Assembly (NCBI RefSeq): GCF_000315625.1
Contig: NW_005434669.1
Span: 1,087,245 to 1,151,244 of the forward strand
Source: Guillardia theta CCMP2712
Taxonomy: Eukaryota > Protista > Cryptophyta
Length of the DNA: 64,000 bases
Reading direction: 5' to 3'
Both the position numbers and the translations under genes were made by a program. The first letter of the stretch is position 1. Each line of letters starts with the position of its first letter. Positions 24,507 through 37,000 of this stretch are shown here, in pieces. The notes below the pieces were generated by a model. It did not search any database. It saw only the letters and a program-made list of their open reading frames with translations, and was not told where the DNA came from.

Positions 24507-24963
24507 GGAAGAGAACTTGTGTGGGCAGGAGATGAGCGTCTTGCTCAGGCCCCCTCCTGTTATGCAGTGATTGCGGTAGAGGAGGAGAAAAAATCACCTG
24601 GTGCGGAGATGGCGAATGAGCAAGGGAAGGGGTGGGGAGAGAAGGGGTGAGACAAAGGTGCGAGAGAGCGGGGGAGAGGCAGAGGCAAAGGAAGAGGAAG
24701 AGGCAAAGGAAGAGGAAGACAAAACGAAGACGAAGACGAAGACGAAGACGAAGACGAAGACGAAGGCGAAGACTAAGACGAAGACGAGGAAGAGGAAGAG
24801 GAAGAGGAAGAGGAAGAGGAGGAAGAGGGAAAGAGTTACAGAAGAAAGGGGAGGAGGGAGGAAGCAGCGAAGTGCAGAAAAAAGGTTAAGAAATCATTTA
24901 CTGAGGCTTGACTTCAAACATGTCCATATGTACACAAGTATTAAAAGAATAACAAGACAGGAG

Positions 24964-25413
24964 TTATATCTTTAGCCCATCATGCCTTCCGGGCCAACTC
25001 TCCAGGTTCTCGAAGTCTATCTCCTCTAGTCGCTCAACAACGCGATGGTACTGCGCCTCGAGCTCTGGGAACAAGGTAGAAATTCTCTTCCATAGAGGTT
25101 GTAGGACCTGAGAATAGTTTAAGACGTTTGTACCCTCCACTTCACGTCCCTCATCCTCCCACTTCTCCTCCTGCCCTCGCTCATGAACTTTCCCCTCTCC
25201 CTTCCGCTTTCTTCCTTCTTCCCCCCTCGCTCCTTCCTGCCCTCTCGTTCCTCTCGTCGCTTACGTAGTGCAGGAATCCGAGCTGCGCTTTCGCCTGTGC
25301 CAGCGGCTCATGCAGACCCTGCTCGCGTGATTAATGATTCTCCTCCTCCAGGTTCGATTCTGGACAACAGAGAAGAGAGAGCAACAGGCAGAGGAGGAGG
25401 AGGAGGAGGAGGA

Positions 25414-25452
<39 letters not shown>

Positions 25453-28400
25453 TACCTTCATAAAAGCTGTCTCCGGCAGACTTTCCATGCGTTCTCGCAT
25501 CGATTGATTGTGAAACTCTTCCAGCACCTGCACAATTCGTGAGAAGGAAAGTGAGAGAAAGGAGAGAACGTAGCGGTGGAGAAGAAAAGGAGGTGGGGGG
25601 TGGGCACAGGAAGGAGGCAGAGAGGAGAGGAACAGTCTTACTCCTCTTCCAAAGGTGTACGCTACTTCCTTGGGGAGAGACTGGCCCGAGAGATCAGACG
25701 CATGCACTATCGCCTGCTTGCAGTATTAGCTCCTGCCCACCCTGCACCCGCCTCCTCCTCCCCTTGCCTCCCATCCCCCCCGCCCCCCCCGTTTCCCCTC
25801 CTCTCCCTCCCACTCATTCTGAATCTAACCCTCATCAGCTCCCGTCGATCCTCCGGCTCGTTTGCGTCATACGCTGCTTCAGCAGGACTTGCTACATTCA
25901 TCGCCTTCTTGCCCTGTCGGGACTTGCATTCAACAAGATGTAAAGGAGAGAGGTGGATCGAGGAGACAAGCTTGAGTCGTGGAGAAGAGAGACAGAACAA
26001 CGAGGGCACGAGGGAAGAAGTGAAGGAGGGCACGAGGGAAGGAGCTAGAGTGCAAGGGAAAGAAGGCAGGGCCAAGGAGAGGGCGAGGAGGAGGGGGGAG
26101 TTGAGCGCGAGCTGGGGTACTCACCTCTGCAGCTTCTATCCTCCTTGAGAGGCCATCGACGACTCGCTGATGAGTGTGCATGTCCGTCGCCATGATCCCC
26201 TCATGCACCAAGTCCAACACCTGAGTGAGGCAAGGCATGTCATGTGAGAAGTCGTGAACACGTGAGCAGACGTTCAAGTCGATCTCATGTGCACTCACAG
26301 TTTGTTTCTCATCTTCGCTTGCATTGAGCAAGATGTCGCAGTCACAACTTGCCTGCAGGAGTTTCTTCGTCGAGTTCCAATGCATGTGTTCTAACACCTG
26401 AGTCAAACTTGGCGTCAGCTCGCAACCGCAACCAACTCTGCCGTCTTCACATTGGGAGCAGGAAACTCTAGCGCCATGGGAGCTGCGCTCTTGATCAGGA
26501 AGTCACTGTTGACCCCCGGATGATACACGTCGTGACAGAGACAAGTGATCAGCGTCGCAATCTTCTCCGTTGGATGCAGCAATCTGTCACAAATAAAAAT
26601 TAAGAGATGAACATGTGGATCAGTAAAAAGAGTCGAGGCAGGAGCAGGAGCAGGAGCAGGAGCAGGAAGGAAAGCATGGATCAGCAGCAGGAGCAGGGGC
26701 AGGGGCAGGGGCAGGGGCAGGGGCAGGGGCAGGGGCAGGGGCAGGGGCAGGGGCAGGGGCAGGGGCAGGGGCAGGGGCAGGGGCAGGATACCGAGATGCA
26801 GACGTTTCTGTCATGATTTTGAAGGAGGCGAGCGAGACCGACCAGGCGTGTCTCCAGTTGTGAAACGGGTTGACGTCAAAGTATCTGCGGACGAGAGTCA
26901 CATGGAGGTGGGGGGATGCGAAAGAGCCCTCACGAGTTCTTGACGGCAAGCACGAATCTTGCAAGGTTGTGACGTGGGATCTGAGATGAAATAAGTGATT
27001 CCTCGTTGATCAACAGAGTGAGCTGGTCTTACGTTGAACCTTTCAACCAACCCCATGTCCGCGAACATGCGCATTGCGGACGTCAAAGTCTCCACGTCCT
27101 CGAGTTTGAAAGGATCTGACTCTCTCTTAGCAGCAGCCTCCCTCTTACCCGCTCCTCTCTGCCTCTTCTCTCGCTCCCCCTCCCAGCTCCACATCCCTTC
27201 ACCCTCCCTTCCTCCCTCCCTCGACCTTCACCTCCTCACTCACCGATCTCCAACGTCATCCGCTCCGCCGGGAAATCTTGAGCTGACAAATCGTCCACAT
27301 CCTACGTCGAAGACAGTCAGCTATCATGTCCTCTTCTCCTTGCCACCACTCTGCGTCCTCGGTCCCATCTCCTTCTCCTTCCTAGTTCTTGCACGCCTTA
27401 CCCCCTTGCACTACCATAGAATCATTCGAGTCTCTTTCGCCCCTTTAGTAACTACCTTCTTCCCCTCAACCAACATCATTCCACTAAGCATACCCCTCCC
27501 ACGTCCTGACTCAGCTTCATCTTACATCCTCCTCTATCTCCCCCCACGCTGCTTCACCAGATCTCGTCCTCGTATTCTCTTACCTCCAGCACCGAGGTGG
27601 TGTCCTCGATTCCACCCTTCAGCTCTTGAAGATTTTCCTTTGCCATCTACACCGCAAGCAGCAGCATTGTCAGGAAACGGAAGGGAGGGGAGCATAAGTA
27701 AGCGGAAAAGCGGAGAGAAAGATACAACAAGGGACGAACTTTGGTTCTAGGATGCCATTCCCCATGCAGCTTGATCCTAGCCTTGACTTCCTCTTCACTC
27801 CATCGCAACGCCTGACGATTTCGACCATTAGAGATGAAGTAGGAGAGAAGACAAAGAAAGTACCTCGACTCTGTCTCCACACATCTTGCAACAAACGCAT
27901 ATCATTGTGATTGCCTTGACAGTCTGCAGAATGCAACTTCACTACGACAGAGTTACAGCTTCGACAACAATAACCTGGTTGTGCAGGCTGCCGTAAATCG
28001 AGAAGAATGACTCATACGCTGACTTGAATCTAGAGATCAGAGTGACTCCAACATACATCAAAGATCTTCATGTAATGTCTCACTGAGCAAGCGATTCTTT
28101 CTTCAACACATCCGATGTCTTTCCATCGCAATCTATCCACGTCATGAGTTAAACTACGACAAGCTTTCCACAGGTATGATCCTGTAAATATCACCTGAAG
28201 ACTGCAGATATCCTTTCTCAACAGCAATTGCTCTGCAAAACAAAATGACTCCTTTGACCTAACATTCATGGTGTCAGAAAGCGTCGCACAAGAAGGAAAG
28301 ACTCACAAAACTCTTGGACCCTTGGATATGACGCAAATCATTGTTTCGAGATGACTTCCAAATGGCAGACATGTGAAAGAATGTCTTTTCGGCTTCCTCG

Positions 28401-29046
28401 AATGCTATCTTCGTTGACCACCTCTCGCATCCTCCCAATCTACCAACCGACGCAAGGTTCAAGGATTTCCAGTACAGGGCACTACACAGGATCTCGTTGA
28501 TGTCGTTGAACTCAGAAGCCATATGATTGGAGATCATGTCTTCACACAGAGCAACAGCTTGATCGGCGTAGAAAGAAGCTCTCTCCATCACGTCGATGGT
28601 GTAAGATGGCATGCAGGACCCCCACTTGTTGAGAAGTTCACTCAGAAGGATGAAACCTATCAGCTTCTCGCTCTGGCTGTTGGTATCTCCCACTACTTTC
28701 TCGATGATCACTTGTGCTTCATCGAACCTGCATGAGATCAGCTCTTGACATCGATGCGCATCGACGTCACCTTCCGGAGAACTGAAGTTCTCGCACGGCC
28801 TGCAAGCATGAAATGCTGACGTTGGTGAAGAGGTTGTTGCGATTCGAAAGGTCCAGAAACTCTGATTGAGACAACCCTCCCTCCCTGTCTAGTACAGCGA
28901 TGGACTTGCTTTTCTCCTTCATCCTGATTAAAAAATTGTTCAGTTATGCTTGACGATATACATTGACGCAGCCAAAAGTTGGCTCCTTGGGATATTGCAC
29001 GTCACGTTGTACAGACCTGACCTAAACCCTCACTGATTGGCTCATG
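24964..29046 (-). CDS. Class I 3',5'-cyclic nucleotide phosphodiesterase with N-terminal TPR-like helical region (multi-exon)
   Basis: PFHNWRH, CHDVYHPGVN, VLEHMH, MATDM, VHASDLS, EEFHNQ, AQLGFL (invariant Gln); upstream exons include KARIKLHGEWHPRT. Start approximate. Confidence 0.85.
26696..26785 (+). repeat. (GGGGCA)~15 intron microsatellite
   Basis: Perfect hexamer array in a PDE intron. Confidence 0.95.
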
Positions 29047-29639
29047 AGACCATTCTTGTATATCTCGCGTGTATACTGCTTCCTCTGAACATCAGAATCC
29101 TAAAGGCCGATGCTACTTCTCCCTAACTTTTTTCATTCTGGTGCGGCTCCTGACTCCATCACGTCCTTCCTTCCCATGCCCAGCCATTCGTCAACTCGTT
29201 GTGAAACATCTACCCCAACATGAGATCATTCAATACCGCTACCACAGATTTCATGATAGATTAGCGTTTAGCGTTCTGATGCCTCCTCCATCACTACCAC
29301 TTCCTCAACCTGCTAACCGCTACACTTCTCCCTCTTCCTCCCTTCGTCGCTCTCGCCCTCTACCTCATCCCTAGTATATATGTCCTGGTGTGATCCTGCT
29401 TCTTCTTCCTCCTCCTCTCTCCTCCTTCCAATCCTCCTCCTCCTACCCTTCTACCCTTATACCCTTGTCCGCTCCTCCTCTACATCGTCTGCCCCTCCAC
29501 TTTCCTCATTTCTGACTACCCCCTGTACTGTTCCCAACCCTTTTATCACCCCACCCCCAGTTACACCGCACGATAGTCAAGGGAGGGGAGCTTCAGATAC
29601 AGGCAAAATGTCTCTAATACCCAACTGGGGTGGGTGGTG

Positions 29640-30250
29640 TCAGCAGCGCGGCTACCGCAGCACTGCCCGGGCCCCCCGGCAGACGCCCCGGCCGGGCCCC
29701 CCGGCCCGGGCCCTCAGGCCCTGAGTCCCGCGGCCCCGCGCCGCGCCCGGCGGCCGCCCGGCCCGCGCCAGGACCGTCCGTCCGACTCGATTTGCAACTT
29801 GACCGGGCCGGCAACCGGCCGCCGCCCGGCCGCCCGCCGGCCGGGCCCGCGCGCGCGCGCCCCGACCGTTCAAAGTGACTCAGAGCCCGCCTACTCAGCC
29901 GGTGCGGCAACTTGGTGACTCAGTTCATGACTGTGATGTACCGCGGCCGATCGGGCGGTCACTAGTAGTGATGCCTGCCAACTTTCAAGTCGAGTCACTC
30001 ACACATTGAAGCCTAACCGTAACTGCCAGTAAGTTGCTGTCAAGTGACGCACTGCCAGGCGGCTGTCACTGAGTGTTTGCTAGACTTGTACCGTATGCCG
30101 TGATAGTGGGCCGCTAAGCAATGCAGATCATCGGATGGCATATCGACCTGAGCTGCTACCGTTGAAGATAGCTTTTGCTTGACTCGGACCGTACCGTAGT
30201 ACGGTCTGAGAGTTCAATGCACACTGGCGAAACGGAGGGCCCGGATTGAG
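29640..30250. promoter_or_regulatory. GC/CpG-rich intergenic island
   Basis: Extreme GC; GTGACTC (29875, 29915), GAGTCAC (29992), GTCACTAGTAGT (29958). Confidence 0.55.
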
Positions 30251-31950
30251 GAGCACATGAGAGATAGACTGTATGCTAGGATGTGAAACCCAAGCATCCA
30301 GACATGAGAGGACCTTAGCAAGACGGCTAGGAAGGCCTCCTCTTGGTCTGACGTACGACATTGTCACCTCGCAACACGTCACGTTGAAGGGTCGTCTTGG
30401 TTTACAGGAGAGTTTTGTTAACTCGGCGCTCAGCTATCTGATTGGCACGGCTGGCATGTGAGCCATCGTCCTCCCGAGTTCCTGAAGTAGTACATCGGAC
30501 GTCAGAAAGTAGTCACACAAACAAGAGAATGTCCGCAGAGTTCCAAGTCAAGATACGATGAGACTGTGTCAAGTTCACAGTTATGCTGAGTGTGCAATAA
30601 CCATTCAAGTGTTGTCCATTCTGAAGAAGATTTTCATGCAGGGCTGTTAGATGTGCAGCACAGAGATAAGGGAATATGCCACGAGCGGGTACAATGAGAG
30701 AGAGGATAAGATAAGAGAGAAAGAAAGAGAGAGAAGCATGCCCGCCGGCTTTTGAAGACCAAAAGATGAAATTTGAACCGTAAAGAACTTGTGACCAGAG
30801 CAATCAGGTCATGCAGGCTCATGGAGAGATGATGTCATTGTTGCGGCAACTTGGCTTTGTTTTATTGAAGTTGAAAACATCACCTAGGCCGCTACACATT
30901 CCCATGTCCACTTTGCAGCAGTTCTAGCCCACATATCACCGTAATGGTGTACATCATCCAAGATGACACCTTGACTCAGTGATGGAGAGTCCCATTCCAA
31001 GTACAACGCCGTTTGGAGCGATACTGTGACTTGTTTGCCGGGTATGATTCCAAATGTGTGCCGGGTATGATTCCATTAAATGTGACATTCTCCCTAAGAC
31101 AGTTGAAGAGCATTCTAGAAAATTCAATCAATCGGTGCACGGCTCAGCTATTGTTTCTTACTATTCAGCAAGGAGAGTGCATCAAACAGATGTGGTCGTG
31201 TGGATCGACGAAGAATACAGATAAACTCGAAGTTCTGTCTGAAGAATGACCCTTTGCAAGCACTGATGGATCGAGAGCAAGTTCTTGATGCTGTATCATT
31301 GAGAAGTAAAATGACAGTCATTTGCCTATGCCATACTATTCGTATTCATCGGGTTGAAAAATGCACGTCTTGGTTGCATTCCATGAATCATCTGTCCTCC
31401 CGCATTCAAACTGAGAAACACAGTACTTGTCAACTCATGGTCATTGTTTTCAGAGTTTGAAATCCCAGCAAGTTTGGGAAGGACATGGCAGATAGAAGCG
31501 TCCAAGAGAGTTGAGGGTCGTCAGAGAAGGTCTGACGAGAGTTGGAGCTTCATGAACAGGGAAGGATAGGGATGCGCAAGTGTGAAGGGGGGAGATGGGG
31601 GAGGGAGACAAAACCTCTACCCCCTACCCCTGTCGCGTTCGTTTGGTTCGAACTAGGAAATGGCTTTCAAGCCTTCAAAACACAATTCTTGTAAGTACTC
31701 CTGTACTGTACGTGAATGTACGTACAATACATTTTACTCAAGGTCAGTTAAGTTAAAAATCAGTAGGAGGTAACAATCAGGAGATCCCTCGTGCGGTCAC
31801 GGATGATCACCAGCATATCCGTCTGATTTTTTTTTTTCACCGGCTCGGTCCGGTGAGTAGCCTAGTACTAAGCGAATCGACGCTTTCCTGCATCGTTTCA
31901 GCAACTCCCCCGCAGGATCCTTCCGCCGACAACCGCGCCGTCATTCAACC

Positions 31951-32478
31951 ATGCAATCAGCGTGCGACTGGAGCATCGACTCGGACCTTCCGTGCATCAG
32001 CATGGCCGTCAACTTTACGCCTGGCGACATCTTCCATGACGAGTTCTGGCATGAACGAAATGTGGAGCTCCAAGCAAATCGGCTGATCCACTTTCCCTGC
32101 GAAGACGAATACGAAACTGAGGCGAGCAGCAGTCGTCCGGAGCCCACACGAATGCCGGAGGCTGGAGAACGAGCAGCAACAGGGCTGAATAAGCAGCCAG
32201 CAAGAAAGAAAGAAGCAGCGCAGAAGCGCATGCCGAAGACATGGAGCCAAGAGGAGCATGAGAGATTCCTCGAAGGTTTGCGACTCCATGTTCCCCATCA
32301 ATCTCTCCTCTGCCACACTGACGGCACTCTACGGGTTGGCCTCGGCTTAGGGGTTGCAGAGAAGATTTCCCGGGTGGTGCAGACTAGAACTCCGAAGCAA
32401 GTACGGTCCCATGCTCAGAAGCACTTCGAGAAGCAGAGTCGCATGATTGTCAGGGACGCTTGCAGAAAGAAATGGTGA
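31951..32478 (+). CDS. Single-repeat MYB-like transcription factor, SHAQKYF class (SHAQKHF variant), intronless
   Basis: WSQEEHERFLEGL...VAEKISRVVQTRTPKQVRSHAQKHF. Confidence 0.9.
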   Translation: MQSACDWSIDSDLPCISMAVNFTPGDIFHDEFWHERNVELQANRLIHFPCEDEYETEASSSRPEPTRMPEAGERAATGLNKQPARKKEAAQKRMPKTWSQEEHERFLEGLRLHVPHQSLLCHTDGTLRVGLGLGVAEKISRVVQTRTPKQVRSHAQKHFEKQSRMIVRDACRKKW

Positions 32479-32799
32479 GGTGTCGAAACAGCTCTTCAGA
32501 ACAAACTCATTCACCAGAATTTTTCCTGTCATAAACCTTCTAGCCTAGAAATACCCATCCCCTCCTTTGACACCTGTGACATAAGTGCTCATGTTTCCAG
32601 GAATGTTCGCGTGACACTCGATATTTAATGCCCTGGTTTCTCGAAATAAACAAGTAGACAAATTGGCATAACATCCAAGAAACGGCAGAAATTACTGTAA
32701 CCCTATCTCATGCCGTACCATCATCGAAGGCAGCAGATGATGGTGTCTAGCACAGCATATTCGTTCAATGTTTTGACAGGATCACGAAGCATTTTGTAA

Positions 32800-33665
32800 C
32801 GGTCCTCCGCCGGACTCCGGGACGCAATGGTACAGCACAGGGTGCTGTATCTATTAGTATTAGAGCAAAGCATACAGCACTCGTTTTGTTCTTCTTTCAC
32901 ATTGAGCTGACATCACAAATCAACCTCGCTCGCTGCCGATCTCCCGCCAGGAGACGTAGCAAAGTTGTCATATTTCCTTGATCCTGAGGTGAAAGCGCCA
33001 CTGCTTCAACTGCCATGGTTACGCGAACCTTTGAAGAGGGCAATCCAGTAGAGCTCGAGGTCCTCGAACGGGACAGCCGCTGATGGGCTGATGTTCTCTG
33101 ATCCTGCACGCCGGCCCTGAGCCGCCAGCCTGGGCCCGGGCCAGCCACCGTCACGTACACCCGTGGCACCCATGACGGCATCATGACCGTACAGTACGTC
33201 ATGACCAGAGTTGGATATGCTGCCACGAGTCGTGTACCCGGCCTGCTGGCAGCCGGGCCGCCATGTAGGATGGAGGGCTGAGATCCATCCGCCGCCACAG
33301 TCTGGCAACCGTGTCATGCCCAACAGTACAGTACGGTCCGATCTTCGGAACTTCCGAAGTTCCATCCGAATGAGTCCGACGACGGTCCGGCGTCACTAGT
33401 AGTAGCCTTTAGCCTGTCCGATCGGCGTTGCCGCCACTGACCGTCTGGCCGCGCCCGTGAACACACTGGGACAACCGTGCCCGGCAAGTTGATCGGACTC
33501 GATGATCGGACCGTGACCGTCGGCGGAAACTCGCCGGCAAGCCGGGCTGCCGGACAAACTTGAGGCCCGGACCGAGACACTGCACCGTGCGTGATCGGAC
33601 TCTCACAAGCAGGGCCTGAGATTGACAGTGGAGTCTCCGACGGTCCGTACGTCCGATAGACGGCA
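32800..33665. promoter_or_regulatory. GC/CpG-rich intergenic island
   Basis: GGGCCCGGG, CGGTCCG, GATCGGA, GTCACTAGTAGT (33392), AACTTGA; lies between tandem genes. Confidence 0.5.
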
Positions 33666-34068
33666 ATGCTGATTGGATAAGCTCACCTCAGATTCAATTA
33701 ACATGGAAGGGAAAGGACAGCGAATCTATGATCCTGGTCTGGTTTCGGCAAATTTGGTGGAATTTCAACTTTTTCTTCAACATCATCTGTCACATTTGAA
33801 AGTAACAAACATAATGCCTGAAATGATGCCCGATGTTTGGTGCATGTGCTGGTTTCGCAATAGATGGCATCAATGTTGGGGGACAGGAGCAGGAGCAGGG
33901 ATGTCAAGAAGAGAGGAGATGCACAGGATGCACAAGCAAGAGTGAGGGACGAGGAGACAGAAGACAGCAAGGAAGGGAGGGAGAGATAAATAGGAGCAAG
34001 ACAACGATGTTTGGATGCTGATTTGTTTTCGTTCTTGCAGTATGGTCGGGTAAAGGAATCGGCGCACA

Positions 34069-37000
34069 ATGATATCTGACAGACGTAGCTTCATCTTGAT
34101 CGCCTTCCTAGTCGCAAACTTCTCGAGGCCCCAGACAATCTCGTGCGTTGTCGCATCCCACCATGTCAAGCCCGCTGCCTACAGTTCCCGGCCTCCCCCC
34201 CTTCTTTTGCGACTGTCTGGGGGCGAGGTTGAGCCGTCTGAGAGCAAGCATGAGGACGGGAGCAAGGCCTCCCTCGCTTCCTCCTCTGCTTACAACTCCA
34301 CGGAGTCCAGCCAGGTCAACGAGGCCGGAGTTGGGTTGGGGATCGCGAGGACAAAGGACGGACATTGCATCGTGGCAAAGATCCTGGAAGGGTCGTCAGC
34401 TGCTGAAAGCGGAGAAGTGGAGATAAAGGTTGCTCGTAGCTTGTGTGTGTTTTGCTACTTCCAGCGCTGATGAATGCATGCAGGACAGGATCATTGAGGT
34501 CGACGGAACGACTGTCAAGGGGCTGAGCCCTGCGGAGGTCGGCAAGCTACTCAAGGGTAAGGAAGGGAGCGAGGTAGAGATGATAGTTGAGGTGAACGAC
34601 ATGTGGGATGATCGATCTTGAACTGAGAATGCAGTCACAGAAACGAAGTGGAGCTGTGCAATGCGTCGCTCTTGTTCGTCGTGGTGTGAAGCAGTCCTTG
34701 CAAGTGAGAACGAGGAGATGGAGATGGAGATGGAGATTCAGATTCAGATGGCTCACGTCTGCCTTGCAGATCCAGCAGAGCCGTGTAGAAGATGTTTGCA
34801 ATGAGAAGAAACATGTCGTTCAGACGAAGAGAGATGCTGTAATGCTTTGTTCTGTTACGAAAGCGGAGCAAGATGTGATGTCTGGTGTCCTGCAGAAGAC
34901 TTTGGGAATGGGTCTCTCTCGCAACGACAAGAATCAATGTCTAGTCAGTAAGATTCTCACAGGTACAATTATCAACTGATGTGTATGATGACGTGGAATA
35001 TTTGTTGAATTCCTCTCTCTCACCAAAATGGCAGGAGGTCGAGTGGAGCAGAGCGGGGGTTTGAAAGTTGGAGATATCATTGTTTCAATCAACGGGGTGA
35101 AAGGTAAGTGAAGTGCAAAGAATGATTGCAAAGATGAATCAGCTGGTGATGGAGAAGAGAGGAAAGGAAGAAGGGAGGTTGTAGATTGAGGGGGAGGGCG
35201 AGAGCGAAAGACAGGCAGGATTAGGAAAGAACGAGGTGAAAAAAACGAGAGGGAGGCAGCGAGGGATTAGTGAAGTTTGACAGCAAATTTGACCCAGTGG
35301 ATGGGATGACGTTGAAGACTGTGAGCTCAGTTCTTCGTGAAATCGATTCGAACGAAATAAGTCTGGTAACTGAATAGATCTTGTCTTCAATTTCAAAGTT
35401 TCAGTATGAATGATGATATTTTCAAAAGGTTTTGAACCGGAATGGAAAGTTTTTCAAGGTCACGATTCCATCAACTCAGCTCTCGGGTCAAAATGCAAGA
35501 ATGCAGAAACAGGAAATGCGTAAGAAGAAGAGATGAGGACGATGATGATGATCTGATGTTGTTGTTGTTGTTGATCTGATCACGATGAGATGACCATGAT
35601 GATGACGACGATTATGATAGTGATGAAATGATTGTAGAAGTTTGATGAAATGAAGAAGTCACTGAATTGCAATCAGATACTCCATCATCAACTCGCTTGC
35701 GCGCGCCCCCTTCGACGCAACCGACAACAAGGTCCTGACGATGTGGAGGCAGGGTTGAGGGAGGAGAGGATGGAATAGGCAGGGAGGAGAGGAGAATGAC
35801 GGGAAGAGGAGGAAGGAGAAGGGGACATGAGTGGAGGGGAGAAGGAATGACTGCAGACTTGATCTGATAACATGCAGGCCTCCAACTCAGCCAGAGCAAC
35901 CTCGCTCTTCCTCGTCTTCTCTGCTCAATGTGACATGTGACATGGTCTGACACGTCTTATTCTGATGGTCTACCAGCCTCTCGTCAAGTTTCTCTTTAGC
36001 TCCAAGAAAGAGGTCGTTGGTGTTGGCTTGCAAGCTCAGAAGAATGTCCATGGAGACTTCATGGTAGACCCTCTCCCTCTCCCTCGCCCTCGCCCTCGCC
36101 CTCGCCCTCGCCCTCGCACTCTCCCTCTCCCTCTCCCTCTCCCTCTCCCTCTCCCTCTCCCTCTCCCTCTCCTTCTCCCTTTCCATCCCTCAATGCCATC
36201 TTCTTGAGCACCTTCATATTTGCTTTGTTCATCACCCTCATGTTACAACCAGGTCACATCCATAGAGGAGGGTTCGCCGGCAGCGAGCTCTGGGAGGATT
36301 GCTCTAGGTGAGGCTGACGGAGGACAGAATGAGAATGAGAGGTGTTGAATGATGTTACAGGCGACGTTATTGCAAAAGTCGACGGCCATGTGGTCAAACA
36401 TCTTCAATGGGAGTCGCTGGCCAACGTATAACCATCGTCTTCTAATTCCTACTGCCCTCCCTTACCCTCTTCCTCTTCCTCTTCCTCTTCCTCTTCCTCT
36501 TCCTCTTCCTCTTCCTCTCCCCTTCTTTCCATTCAATCTTTACCTCAATCTCTTCCGTCTCATCTTCTACCCTCCTCGCTGTTCCCTCCCCCCCTCCTGC
36601 TCTTTCCCTGCCACCTCTTCTCTTTCTCTTCTTCCTTCTCATCTCCGTCTCTGTCCCTCATCTCCCTCTTCCTCCTTCATCCTCTCCTCTCCCTCTCTCT
36701 CCCCCCTCATCTTCTTTTTCAGCTTCTTTCCGGCGCCCCGGGATCTTCGCTGTCCATCACCTTCTGCAGGTGATGTTGTGCATTGACATCTCCGGAGCTC
36801 AACGGCCTGCAGGTGGACCCCTGCGGACGGTGCGAACGAGGGGGGTTGGAGGACATTTGAAGTCAACCTTCGCCGTCAGAAGACACGTAGCCCGATGAAG
36901 GATGTGCGTTTTGTCTCTCAAGGGTTTGGACAGAGCGAGCATGTCAAGCTACCATGATACCGAAGAATGCTCAAGTCTATGTGGACGAGGTGATGGTTCT

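Noticed and set aside
29614-29918. Overlapping Pro/Arg/Gly/Ala-rich ORFs in GC islands
   Set aside because: Open in many frames only because of extreme GC content.
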